64,000 nt of DNA from Leucoraja ocellata. Its lineage: Eukaryota. Location: the NCBI GenBank assembly GCA_036785375.1, contig JAWMAR010000309.1, positions 62,001-126,000 on the forward strand. The letters are read 5' to 3'. Positions 38,299-51,615 of the stretch are shown one piece after another (position 1 is the stretch's first letter; each line of letters begins with the position of its first letter). The notes beneath the pieces were generated by a model. That model had not been told where the DNA came from. It worked only from the letters and a program-made list of their open reading frames with translations, and searched no databases. The position numbers and the translations under genes were made by a program.

Positions 38299-38694
38299 CA
38301 AAGGTCCTATAGCAAGCAAGATAGACCACTCCTTCTAAATGCAATGGGCTGACTTGTAGTACGCAACGGAGCGGAACGTGGACCCTTTTTTCAACCATTT
38401 CAGTAACCCGCCCCGACCCGACTCTCAGTGTAATCAACGTTGCGGGTGAACTGTTTGTGTTAATAAATTATAATTCTGAATATGAGGAGAATATTTTTCC
38501 CAAATAACTTTTATTTTTACGAGGATGTTTCCGTAACCGGCTTCCGGCCCCACACTAGTATCCTATGGGACCTTTGGTGCGGAGACGGAAGCCGGTTACG
38601 GAAATGGGGCCCCGAAAATTACCCATGAATCTGCCCATGACCATACTATGTCTTTTTCGTAGAGTGATCTATCTTGCTTGCTGTAGGATCTTTG
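38299..38694. mobile_element. MITE with 33-bp TIRs and 8-bp TSD (P- or hAT-like)
   Basis: TIR CAAAGGTCCTATAGCAAGCAAGATAGACCACTC (3 mismatches), TSD CTGCCAAG; sits inside a CR1 fragment. Confidence 0.88.
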
Positions 38695-41600
38695 CTGCCA
38701 AGGGTGGTTATGGCTAACTGAAAGTCTTTTAAAGACCACTAACGTATCTGCTTCAACCATCATCCCTGGTTTCCTCCTACATCCCACAGACATGAAGGTT
38801 TGTATGTTAATTGGTCCCCTGTAAATTGCCCCTAGTGTGTATGGAGTGGATGAAAGGAAGCGGAATAACATAGAATTAGTGTGAACGGGTTGTCAATGGT
38901 CGGCAAGGACTCGTTTGGTGTAAGTGCCTGTTTACATGTTGTATTTTGCAATCAATCAATACTGAATTGTAAAGGAAAGTCTTGAGTGGGCCAGTCAAGC
39001 TTTCTTCCCCCACCCTGACAATCAGTCAAAAGAAGGTCCTGGCCCGAACCGTCACTTATCCATGTTGTCCAGAGATGCTGCCTGACTATCTGAGTTACAC
39101 CAACATTTATGGGGTTTTTTTGACTGGGCCAAAGATAGACACAAAGTGCTGGAGTAACTCAGCGGGTCAGGCAGCATCTCTGGAGAAAAGTAATAGGGGA
39201 TGCTTAGGGTTGGGACCCTTCTTCTGACTAAAAGATAGAGGTGGCGGGAGGGGGAGGGAAGCGAGGGACTGGAGGCAAGAAAAGGCCAGAACCAGAGCCG
39301 GCTACACATGCCCTCAGGAAGGGTGGAGTCCATAATGGCCCATTGTTGGCTGGGGAAGATGTGCTGACTACAGGGATGCGAACAGTGGAACTACTAGACT
39401 GGTTAGTCAAAAAAGAAATCCGAAATAGGTGCAAATGTGAATGGAAATTTGACTGAAACGCTGAACTAATCATTCTGAATAGATAAATCACCTAGATTTT
39501 GGACTACTACAAATTGCAGCAACCATCAAAAACAAATAATAATCCTTTAATCAAAATTTTGGATTGTTTACAGGCCCTCATTAAGTCAAACTAGAAAGAT
39601 GCATAGTCTGAGAATAAGAAGCTGTCGTTTGGGTAATAACTCTCCTGCTTTTGTGTGTACTAATGAAACTATTGGCCAGATTTAGCTTCTGAGGAAGGTG
39701 ATTATGCAAATTGTGTTGTCTTTCGTAATAAAGCATCAAGCCTCTCAACGCCTTCATTAGCGAGGTTCCAAGAAGCTGAAGGAAGTAGCATAATATCCAT
39801 CTCCTCCCAGGCAAAGAGTACCAATTATTGTCCACTATCACTAACTACGTGTGTTCAGTCGAGAATTTAGACATTAAAGCTTTTCCAAAATGGAGCCATA
39901 TTTTTTTTTCTCCTTAAAATGTGCTTTCAGTTGCTCACATGACAACCCACCCTTTATCAACCTAAATCGCCTCCAATTCACTTAAACTTTAGACTTTAGA
40001 GACACAGCATGGAAACAGGCCCTTCGGCCCACCGAGTCCTGCGCTATCCATTATGCATTATAGCGTCACCTATCCATGTTCTCCAGAAATGCTGCCTGAC
40101 CAGCTGAGTTACTGCTGCACTTTGTGTCCATATCAGTATTCAGTATTCAGTATTTCTTTAATATCATTTTCACTGAGTACTCGCATACACCGAGGAAACG
40201 AAAAAACGTTGCTCGATCAGTTTCCATTCAGTGTAGTTAATAAAAAAGGGTAAATACATAGAGCTTTAAAACAAATTAAAATTACCGTCTAAAAACAGAA
40301 AGTAGGCCTAAAATTTCCAATAGAATTAAAACAGACATTCCGACCAACAGTGGCTTTACTTTGACAGGTGCCTAACTGTCAAAGTATGGACGAGGTTGAA
40401 TGTGTATTCAATGAATATTTAATCTATTCTGTTCTAAATCTTTCCATGAAGGTATGAAAGTAATTATCTAATAAATAACCATATTGGTACATTGCAATAT
40501 AATGGTTCATACTGTCTTGTCCATAATGCCAGCAGAAATTTCTACTTCAGAATATGAATGCTTTCATTTAATGTTTTTGCTAAGCTCGGTTTGCCAAAAA
40601 AAACCTTATTTCATGCCTGTGCTATTATTGTTATATTAATCAGCTACATTTCCACAATCTAACAGGGAGTTATAATTGGGATTACAGATTAGCCGGTTAA
40701 TAACAATCTCAAAATGTTCACCTGTGACTGCCTGTCTGGCAGTCTTTTCATCTTCATCCTTGTGGACGTAACAGCCTGTGTGGTTATATCTTTGTTACCA
40801 TTCGTGTTTTATGTGTTGTTTGAGTTGTTCCTCGTATGTGGAGCAAGTCATATGTGCGGCCAGTTATTCTGTGGCTCAGAAATAATTTTAACAAACAAAT
40901 GGAGATTATATCTATTGTTCCCCATCCTTTCTTTACACACCCCGCAAGTTTTTTGTAACGTACAGCGATCAAAATACAGATGTGCCACACTATAACTTCC
41001 TTCTTTGTCCTTTCCACCTCGTTCTTTCGTAAATTTATCCAAATGTATTCACCCTGATGGAATACTCACCTGTTTATGAAATGAGCCATAAAATTAAACA
41101 TTATATGTGGAGAATGCATTGTAAATTGGGTAGGCTTCTTCGAGTGTTGATCTGCATTTGAGACATCCTTTAAAGGTGTACTTACAGAAGTCGAAGGTTG
41201 TTATGAGAGGATTAAAGGTATTGTTTTAAAAAATTAAAGCTTGATCCTCATTTCCAAATAATTTGGGGTTAGACAGCAGATCTATGATAAAAGCATAGAC
41301 TAGATGAACAGCATGAACCTCTGTTACATAAACATCAGGGTAGCACTGTAACACGTTATCCATTTATACACGCCTGCTCTGTTGGCTTCTATTAATCAAT
41401 GTGTATAGCAGATTCATTGTGTGGCTTCAAAGTCCCCTGAGTGCCACATAGAGCTCTCTCTCTCTCTCTCACTCTCTCTGCATCCATTTATCTGAGAACT
41501 GTCATCTGTGCAGTCCCTGGTTTTAATTGCAACGTGATGTACAACACTGTGGAATGTAGTCAGCACTCAGCCGGTATGAAGTAGGCGACAACCCTGTGGC

Positions 41601-42709
41601 ATTATCAGTAATGTTCTTCCAAAAACCGTCGGATCAGCATCCACTCTCAACAAATGCTGCGCTTGGAGCGGCTATTTCTGGTTGCATTGTGAAATATCTT
41701 TTAGAATGTCGGGTACCGGCTGAGGTGTCCCATGGTGTAGAGGGCCTGGAAGTCCACCAGCCCAGTAATTGTCTCCCTGTGACCTCCTGACAAAGACTTT
41801 GGGGCACTGAGGGGTTGGCAGTGTATTATTTGATAACTATATTTCAATGCGGATTTTACACAAGATGTTGCATTATGCTGGCAAGACATGCCCCTGTTTG
41901 AGTATCTGAAAGGGCTGCTCCTCAAGTTTAGTTTAGTTTAGAGATACAGCGTGGAATCAGGCCCTGCAGCCCACCGAAGTTGCACCGACTAATAATTATC
42001 CTGTACACTAATTCTATCCTAAACACGAGGGACAATTTACAGAAGTCAATTAACCTAAAATAATGCACATTTTTGGAATGTAGGAAGAAACCGGGGCACC
42101 CTAGAGAATCCATGCGGTCACTCGAAGAACGTGCAAACTCCAAACAGACAGCACCCGTAGTCAGGATCAAACCCGGGTCTCTGGCGCTGTGAGGCAACAA
42201 CTTTACCACTGCGCCACTGTCATCCTCAGTATTGACTGCATTTTAGCCCCCGCTCCTGATCTTTGGTCACTCAATACAGAGGGGGGAAGAGTCCGTCAGT
42301 CGGCGAGGGTTGGGAAGCCCCTGTCGGTTTGCTCCTGGGCCTGATGCCCTCTTGTCTCATTTTCATCTCTAGCCTTTGCCAGACTCCACCAATTTCCCCC
42401 CGGGTGCCCCTCACCTGTATCCACCCGTCATTTCCCAGGCTTTGTCCAGCGCCATCTCTCTCTTCCAGCATTTTCCCCCTACTCCATCAACCTGATATAA
42501 AATGTCATCTGTCCATCCCCTCCATAGATGCTGCCTGACCCACTTGGTCCTGCCAGCACTTTGTTTTTTTGCTCCAATTATGTCCTTCCGATCAGCCAAA
42601 CACCTTCAGATTTTCTGCCAATCAAGCCAAACTCAAGTACAATAGATAGAGTAAAGGGGAAGATACAGAGTGCTGAATATAGTTCTCAGCTTTGTAGCGC
42701 ACCAGTTCC

Positions 42710-44030
42710 ATAGACATAGATACATAGACAATAGGTGCAGGAGTAGACCATTTGGCTCCTCGAGCCAGCACCCTATTCAATGTGATCATGACTGATCATC
42801 CACAGTCAGTACCCCGTTCCTGCCTTTTCCCCATACCCCTTGCTTCCACTTGCCCTAAGAGCTCTAACTCCCTCTTGAATGCATCCAGTGAATCGGCCTC
42901 CACTGCCTTCTGAGGCAGAGAATTCCACAAATTCATAACTCTCTGTGTGAAAAAGTTTTTCCTCATCTCAGTTCTAAATGGCCTACCCCCTTATTCTTAA
43001 ACTGTGGCCCCTGTTTCTGGACTCCCCCAACATCGGGAACATGTTTCCTGCATCTAGCGTGTCCAAGCCCTTAATAATTTAATATGTTTCTATAACATTC
43101 CCTCTCATCTTTCTAAATTCCAGTGAATGCAAGCCCAGTCGCTCCATTCTTTCATCATATGACAGTCCTGCCATTCCGGGAATTAACCTTGTGAACCTAC
43201 GCTGCACTCCCTCAATAGCAAGAATGTCCTTCCTCAAATTAGGAGACCAAAACTACACACAATACTCCAGGTGTGGTCTCACCAGGGCCCTGTACAACTG
43301 CAGAAGAACCTCTTTGCTCCTATACACAACTCCTCTCGTTATGAAGGCCAACGTGCCATTAGCTTTCTTCACTGCCTGTTGTACCTGTATGTTTCCTTTC
43401 AGTGACTGATGTACTAGGACATCCAGGTCTCGTTTTACTTCCCCTTTTCCAAACCTGACAACATTCCAATAATTATCTGCCTTCCCGTTCTTACCTCCAA
43501 AGTGGATAACCTCACATTATACTGCATACAGGTTCGACCAGTCCCGACGCGAGGTCCGATCGCCCGGCGCGGGGGAGCTGACATCCCCCCGATGCGGGAG
43601 CTTGATCGCCTCGACACGGAGGGCCCGAATGCTGCCGGCTACGGGAGTCAAGATCATCCCGTCAACGGGGGCTCGAGGTCCACGACCGAGGAAGAACAAA
43701 AGGAAGAGACTTGAACTTTATTTCACCTTCCATCACAGTGAGGAATGTGTAGGAGTCACTGTGGTGGATGTTCATGTTAAAATGTGTTTTCAAGTGATCT
43801 GTTGCTTTTAATTGTATCACTGACCTGGCCAATAAAATTCCTCGTATGTTGCAAAACATACTTGGCAAATAAAGTGTGATTCTGATTCTGATCTGTCATG
43901 CATCTGCCCTCTCACTGAACCTGTCCAAGTCACTCTGCATCCTCGTAGCATCCTCTTCACAATTCACACTGCCACCCAGCTTTGTGTCATCTGCAAATTT
44001 GCTAATGTTACTTTTAATTCCTTCATCTAA
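42710..44030 (-). mobile_element. CR1 LINE 3' portion, interrupted at 43527-43892
   Basis: Similar to 31456-32300 including tail; minus-strand LYRALVRPHLEYCV motif. Confidence 0.85.
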
Positions 44031-45907
44031 ATCATTAGATTAAGTGCAATGTCCGCAATGGGGTAGAGGTGAATAGAACAGTGCCCTAGTTTATGGATAG
44101 ATTGTGTAGAAACCTGATAACAGAGGGGAAGAATCTATTCCCAAGTCTGGTGGTGCGAGCTTTCAAGCTTCTGTACCTTCTTCCAGACGGGAGCAGGAAG
44201 GAGTAACAAGGATGAGACAAGTCATTGATTATGTTCTCCACTCTTCAGAGGCAGTGTGAAGTGTAGATGGAGTCATCTGGTCTGTGTGATGGACTGAACT
44301 ACATCTAAAACTCTATGCAATTTCTCATGGTCTTGAGCAGAGCTCAATCATGTCCACTTTGGCCCCATAGTTGCTGATTGGGGCATGTACTCCACCATGC
44401 TTCCTGAAGTCGATAACTCACATTTTCTAGTGTTAGGCCCGTGAACAAAATGTTACCTGGTCACTGCGTCTAACTGTTAGCTCCAAATTTCTGAGCATCT
44501 ATTCCATGCAGTAATTTGTTCCCAGAAACCAACTTACAAAGAGGAATTGTTTGATTACATGGCCACTTGTCACCGTGCAGCCTGAGGAACCTGCAGTCCA
44601 TGAGTTACTTTTGAATAGCCAGCAGGAGTAACATTACATTTGGCATGATAATGTGTGAGTGCTTTGATTAATTATTAATTTGGAGCACATTTGCACAAGA
44701 AAGATGCAAACACAGCAACTACACAGCAGCTTTTTGGATATAAAACCTGTTGTACATCACATTGATGACCTCAATGAATATTGCAAGGCAGAGAGAGCGT
44801 CAGCGCTCAATTGCTCTAGGGAACGTTAAAAGCAGGAACCGAGGGAAATATTTTTTTGTTTATCACCTATGTTTCATACCATCTCGGGAGCTTTCTAGAT
44901 AAAGTCAAGTTTAATGTAGAAACAAGGAAGTACAGAATCTGGCTTATATCAAAGATAGACACAAAGTGCTGGAGTAACTCAATGGGTCAGGCAGCATCTC
45001 TGGAGTGAAAGAATGGGTGGCATTTCGGGTTGGAGTCCGAAGAGCCCGACCTGCAACGTCACCCACCCTTTTTTTCCAGAGATGCTGCCTGATCCGACGA
45101 GTTACTTCAGCACTTTGTGTCTGTCTAAAGTCAGGTTAAAGTTTAGTATCTTTTACTAAACTGCGCAGCAGATGTTTGAATAGGAACCCAAATTTATCCA
45201 TTGGCAAAACAAGTCTGAAGAAGGGTCCTGACGTGAAACATCACCAGTCCATGATCCCCAGGGATGCTGCCTGACCCATCGAGTTACTTCAGCATTTTGT
45301 GTCTATCTTTGGTATAAACCAGCATCTGCAGTTCCTTTTTATTATATTTTAAAAACAAGTTTTTGTTGATTGAAAGATACAGCTTTGAAAGAGGCCCTTC
45401 GGCCCACCGAGTCCACGCCAACCATTGATGACACGTTCACAATAGTTCTATGTTATCCCACTTTCTCAAGCACTCCCTACACACTAGGGGCAATTTTACA
45501 GTGTCCATGCACGTCTTTGGAATGTGGGAGGAAACAGGAGCACCCAGAGCAAACCCACGAGGTCACAGCGCCACTGTTATTCGAATAATTTACCCTCTGT
45601 GCAATTGCTTCATTGACTGGGGAAGAGAAATTTGTTATATGTTCTTGAGGCAATGTAGTTTCAAATTTGATTCTCCGTGTTATCTGTTGATTCCAAGCAA
45701 CAGTGGTGAAATGTTTATTTGATGGTGAGTTCCTAGAGACCTGGAACTCAGTGGGTGAAAAGTGCAGTAGTAGATGAAAGTGGTACAGTGGCGCAGTGGT
45801 AAAGCCGCTGTCTCATAGCACCAGAGACCCGGATTTGATTTTGACCTCTGGTCCTGTGTGTGTGGAGTTTGCACGTTTTCCCTGTGACTACATGGCTTTC
45901 CTCCGAG

Positions 45908-46946
45908 TAGGTATGTTACAAAACCTACCTGAATCGTGGCTGAGCATCTGCCCCACCCCTTGTGTGTGATTATGGCGCTGTTTCGAGGGGGCGGGTTTAA
46001 AACGCGATTTTTACTAGGCTGTTCCAATCGAAAATGTTCATCCTAGTAAATCATTAACGGAAAATCGCTGAAAGACCCCGTCGCAAAAGGTATTATTAGT
46101 TTTTATGGCCTTGTATAATATTTATAGTAGTTTAAAAATCACTCTCTCACTCCGCAACCTCTCGCAGCCCCAGGGTTTTATAAAGCAAACAATTAAAGGT
46201 ATGTACCTTATTTTTACATTAAATGGGGCTTGTATATAGCCCTGTATATAAAGTTTTCTATAGCGAGTAGTTCATTTTGGGCTCTTTATATCCCGCAGTA
46301 TTTTTCTGGGCACTTGAGGGCACAAATCCAGCGCAATGTGAACGTTCTAAACCAGCGCGTTCACAGGAACCCACTAGAAAGCCGATTTAAATTGACTTTA
46401 ATTTACAGCAAATGAACACTAAATTCCTTCCATTTGGCCTATAAATTGATGTAAATGAGATTTAAAAATCATGTTTTATTGTGAATTATTTGTGAATATT
46501 ATTTGGACACTTGGGCTATTTAAAAATGTTAATCATTTATTAAGAAATGGATAGATGTTTAGATATAGTAATTGAAGTTTGAAATTAGCTACAACTGGGT
46601 AACTAACTAATTATATGCTTTAATTTCAGGTCATCCAAGTAAGATTATTTTATATTTGTTTCAGGATGCTTCAATCTATGATGACTGAAAATTTCATTCA
46701 GTTCTCTTAATTTTTAAGAAGGTTATGGGCTTTTGACTGTCCCCGATCACAGCTTTTTTGTTATGTCCATAGAAAATCAATAGGGAACAAGATGCTAATT
46801 TCCGAGTATGAAAATGGCCATAACTTTTTTATTACTTGAGATATGAAAGTGAATTAGGTGTCAAATTAAACTTATTGTTATGCTTTGTCTGATGGGATAA
46901 ATTGCAGACTTGATTTTTTAAATCTCAAAATTTTGTAACATTGCTA
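45908..46946. mobile_element. 1.04-kb non-autonomous DNA transposon inserted in a V-SINE
   Basis: Imperfect 16-bp TIRs TAGGTATGTTACAAAA / TTTTGTAACATTGCTA, TSD CTCCGAG (45901-45907, 46947-46953); removal restores the SINE. Confidence 0.85.
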
Positions 46947-47882
46947 CTCCGAGTGCCCTGGTTTCCGCCCACATCCCAAAGACATGCAGGTTTGTAGGTT
47001 AATTGGCTTCTGTAAATTACCCCTGGCTATCCCTAGAGTGGAAGAGAAATAGGGTTAATATAGAACTAGTGTGAACGGGTGATCAATGGTCGGTGTGGAC
47101 TCAGTGGGCCGAGAGCATAGAATGGCACAAACCAACAATATCTGCGCCGAACATGATGCCATGTTAAGCTGATCTCATCTGCCTATACATGATCTATATC
47201 CCTTTATTACTTGCAATGGACGACCAGAACCGCACTCAATACTCCAAAGGCAGTCTAATCAAGGTCCTAGATTTTGTTTCTGTGCTGTGTTTTTCAATCA
47301 ATCAATCATTGAGTATCTTGCTAATAGCCCAATAGTCTGATTGGGGCTGATTGGGATAAAGGGTGTCCTCTTTATGGTTAGTGAGCTTGAGAGAGAGAGA
47401 AAAAATGAGGACGTTTTGACTTTAGACGTTAGACATGCAGTGCGGAAACAGGCCCTTCGGCCCACTGAGTCTCTCCCTCCAGTGATGACCCCGCACACTA
47501 ACACTTTCCTGCACATTAGGGACAATTTAGAATTTTAGAAGCCAATTAACCTGCAAACCTGTATGTGGTAACCACGTAGCTTCACCCTGCCTTCAATCAT
47601 AGTGACTAAAGGAAAAATTCCTTGAACAAAATGAAAATCTGTCACTATACTGTATATCTTTGGAGTGTGAGAGGAAACCGGAGCACCTGGAGAAAACCCA
47701 TGCGGTCACGTGGAGAACGTACAAAACTCCGTTCAGACAGCACCTGCAGTCAGGATCGAACCCGGGTTTCTGGTGTAAAGCTGCAATTCTACCACTGCGC
47801 CACCGTACTGCGCCAATTTATTATTAATAAAATGTGTTCACTTTTGTCATGCCAGTGACCAGTACATTGTTTGTCTTCACAG

Positions 47883-48290
47883 ATGCAAGACTAGAAGTCA
47901 GCCAACTAAAGCGAAACTTGGTGGTGACGGAGAATGACAATATTCGCCTGAGCTGTGTCATCACAAACCAAACCAGCACCGACTCTCAATTTTCTGTCCA
48001 GTGGTACGTTCAACGCTCCCAAGAGGAAGCGGACAGGCTGATTCTGAGATCAAACCGGGATTGCATGTTCGAATACGGCAATGAGTTGTTGGGGCACGAG
48101 AGGAAGGAGAGACTGCAGGCAGCAAAGACTTCCAGTGGCCATTACACCTTGGTCATACACAAGGCTGACGTCGATGATAGTGGCAAATACTACTGCCTGG
48201 TGCAGGAATGGCTGCTGAGTCCCAACAACAACTGGTATAAAGTTGGAATCAACATGTCGGGATTGACTTACGTCACCGTACAGCGACCAG
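47883..48290 (+). CDS. IGSF3: IGSF3 exon, Ig domain 6
   Basis: ttcacag|ATGCAAGA...CCAG|gtactc; 408 nt; (D)ARLEVSQLKRNL...DSGKYYCLVQEWLLSPNNNWYK. Confidence 0.95.
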
Positions 48291-48520
48291 GTACTCAATC
48301 TTTCATCCCCCTCCTCTCTTCCCTGGGCCCCACCTGGACGCTCACTATCTCACCTACCCATGTTCTCCAGAGTTGCTGCCTGAGTTACTGTTCCTTGTGT
48401 TCCCCCCTGAAATTTGCCTTTATATCTTCTATTAAATTCTGAATCATGCATACTTGTGAATAACACTGTGAAGTATTATCTTTAGAGTAATATCTAAAAT
48501 GTGAAGTAATATTGAAACAG

Positions 48521-48757
48521 TTATCTGAGGGGTGGAGTATTATCTGAGGGGTGGAGTATTTTTCTGAGGGGTGGAGTAATTTTCTGAGGGGTGGGGTATT
48601 TTTCTGAAGGGTGGAGTATTATCCGAGAGGTGGAGTATTATCTGAGGGGTGGAGTATTATCTAAGGTGTGATTATGTGAGGGGTGGAGTATTACGTGAGG
48701 GCTGGAATATTCTCTGAGATTTGGAGTATTCTCTGAGGGTTGGAGTATTGTCTGAGA
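48521..48757 (+). repeat. G-rich minisatellite, ~12 units of 19-20 bp
   Basis: Tandem TCTGAGGGGTGGAGTATTA, degenerating toward the 3' end. Confidence 0.9.
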
Positions 48758-50254
48758 TGCTCCCACTCATCTACCTTGATAATCCAACAAGAAAATATAA
48801 ACTGCTGGAGTAAGTCAATGGGTCGGGCAGCATCTGCAGGGGGAATTGGACAGGCGATGTTTCAGTCGGACCAAAGATCCCGATCTGAAACTTCATCTGA
48901 CCATTCCCTCCACAGATGCTGCCTGACCTACTGAGTTCTTACTGCACTTGCCGTTAATCTGCACAATTAATTTCTGATGGCTCTGCTCTTATTGAGAAAT
49001 GAGCAGAGAGTGTTGTGCACTTGTCTTGCTCTGTGATGGGTGGTGGTCTGTATCATCCTTCTGAAATTGTCCTTTTTTCTTGCCTTAAATGAAGATTCAA
49101 AAGCTATTGCAGATCTTGTTTCCTGACAGAAGACATCAGATTAATCTGACTAATTACAATTTAAGTCCAAGTTATTATCATCTCTTAAGGATTTCAGAGT
49201 TATTTGCAGTGTTAATGGAATTGTAATATCCCACAAAATGCTCTGGTGCTCAATTTCAATTTTGTGGCCATTACACCCGAGTGGACTTGCCCTGAGCAGT
49301 TGCCTCTTTTGATTTGCATGTCAACTAAACTGAATGATTTAGCCTCGGGGTGATTATACTTTGTCTTTAGCTTAGTTTATTTTAAAGACACAACTTGCAA
49401 ACAGGCCCTTCGGCCCACTGAGTCAATGCTGACTATCGATCACCCATTCACACGAGTTCTGTTCCCTCCCTCAAAACTCTCTCCACTCCTTAAAAACCGG
49501 GGGCAATTTGCAGAGGCCGATTAACCTCCAGACCCGCAGGTCTTGCGTCAGCCTTCCACGCCCCTTTCATTGAGGTGCTGCCAGATTCTCTTGCTCCTGA
49601 CCCTACCTCACTCCGTTATTGCACGTTAGTTTTGTTTAACTTCCTACACTACAATCTTTGTACCATTCTGCCGTGTCCGCATTTATCATTTTATTTATTG
49701 TTGTTTCTATCATTACTATTTTTCACTGTGAACTTAATGAGCTCATGCAAGCAAGGAATTACATTGTACTCTGGTGTGTCTGACAATAAATTTATATATT
49801 TCCATCTGAACCAAGAACCAAAATCCACTTTCGTTCGGTCCCCAAAGAGAGAACATTGAGTATAACAATGAATACTGGTGGTCAGCTCGGCTATAAACTA
49901 ATACAGCACCTTAATAGTCAAGAGTGTTTTATTGTTATATATCCCAAAACGGAACAATGAAATTATTACTTGCAGCAGCTCAAATACTGCTCAGTAGATA
50001 CCATAATAAACAGCAAAAAGAAGATCAGTAAATTAAGACAAAACAATATAGGACAAAAACAAAGCCTGAATTTCCTAGCGCCAATAAGGCAGTTTGTAGT
50101 TTGGACCTTACTTGGTGTTTGTAGTGCTCAAGAGCCTGATGGTTGCTTTAAAGAAGATGTTCCTGAACCTGGTGGTCATGGTTTTCAGGTTCCAGTACCT
50201 TCTTCCTGATGGTTGGAGTGAAACGAGAGTATGGCCAGGGTGGTGTGGGTCCTT

Positions 50255-50778
50255 AATAATAAATAATAATAATAATAAACTTTATTACGGACTCGAGGTC
50301 CAGACAAGGGGCAACATTACATTTAAAAAATGCATTGCATATTAAATATCATAAAGTACATATAAAATATTAGTATACCACTTATAAAAGCATCATAAAT
50401 TATATATATTTAAAAACACAATACATAAGTTAAAAATCCAGATTAAAAGAATGCTCAATGTCCTACAACGAGACAACGATACCAGTGTCTCCACAACTGG
50501 GATTCGTAGCGTGTAGTGCTAACCCTTATGTTTGACAAGGCCACAATAATTACATTTTTTGAGTCATTTACCCTGCAAATGAATTTATACATGTGATGTC
50601 TTAGAATAGCTTCTAAAGTACTGACTCCTGCAGCCACAAATATATTACTGGCACTACACCATCTAGGTTTCCTGAGCAGTGTTCTCATGGCATCGTTATA
50701 TGCCACCTTTAGTCTCTGCAAACATGTCTTTCCATAGTTCGACCACAGGTGCGCAGTGTAGAGTGGTGTGCAGTATGC
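50255..50778 (-). mobile_element. 5'-truncated RTE-X-like LINE with (ATT)n tail
   Basis: Open C-terminus AYCTPLYTAHLW...LKVAYNDAMR..LRKPRWCSAS..., AATAAA plus (ATT)n tail, TCCTT duplicated at 50250-50254 and 50779-50783; clade assignment from memory. Confidence 0.7.
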
Positions 50779-51204
50779 TCCTTGATGAAGCTGGCTGCCT
50801 TTTTGAAGCAGCACCTCCTATAGATCCATTCGATGGTGTGGAGGTCAGTACCCGTGATGGACAAGGCAGTGTCCACCACTTTTTGTAACCTCTTTCGTTC
50901 CTGGGCGTTGGAATTGCTGAAACAGGCTGTGACACAATCAGTCAATATGCTCCCTACTGTACACCTTTAGAAGTTCAAGAACACATTTATTGACATACCA
51001 AAGCTCCACAAACCAGATGCGTTGATGGGCTGCACCTAAACCAAACACAACTAATCCAAACATAGCTGGATGCTGAGGAAGTCCAATTTTCCACTTGGCC
51101 TGCCCAGCACCATTTGCAGAATTTCCCACCAGATTGAATAATAATGAAACTTGAGCAATCAAACTTCCTATTAATTAAATTAAAATTTTGTGTAACCTCC
51201 ACAG

Positions 51205-51615
51205 ATAACAATTTGCAGACAGTGAAGACGGAAAGGGCTATTTCCGTGCCAGAGAACGGTCAGATTCGATTGGATTGCAAGATCAGCAACCGAACCAACT
51301 TGGACTCCCAACTCTCCGTGGTGTGGTTTGCACAGAATTCCCTGGATTCAGATGAATATCCCATTTTCAGCCTGAACCGGAATTCTGTTTTTCAGTATGG
51401 TAGCTCAAAGGACAACATGATGAGACTGAGGAATAGACTGCAATATGAGAAACCTACCAACGATTTGTACAGTTTGATACTTCAGAAGGCCACCATCTCT
51501 GACACTGGCAGCTACTACTGTAATGTGGAGGAGTGGGCAGTCGATCCCAATAATATGTGGTACAAACTAGGAGAGGATCAATCTGGATTAACGACTGTCA
51601 CTGTACAGCAACCAG
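51205..51615 (+). CDS. IGSF3: IGSF3 exon, Ig domain 7
   Basis: ccacag|ATAAC...CCAG|gtacag; 411 nt; (D)NNLQTVK...IRLDC...DTGSYYCNVEEW. Confidence 0.93.

Noticed and set aside
21364-47882. Additional Ig exons in the 26.5-kb intron
   Set aside because: No Ig-like ORF seen, and the domain series matches the eight-domain IGSF3 without a gap
48521-48757. CRISPR-like array
   Set aside because: Head-to-tail units with no spacers; eukaryotic minisatellite
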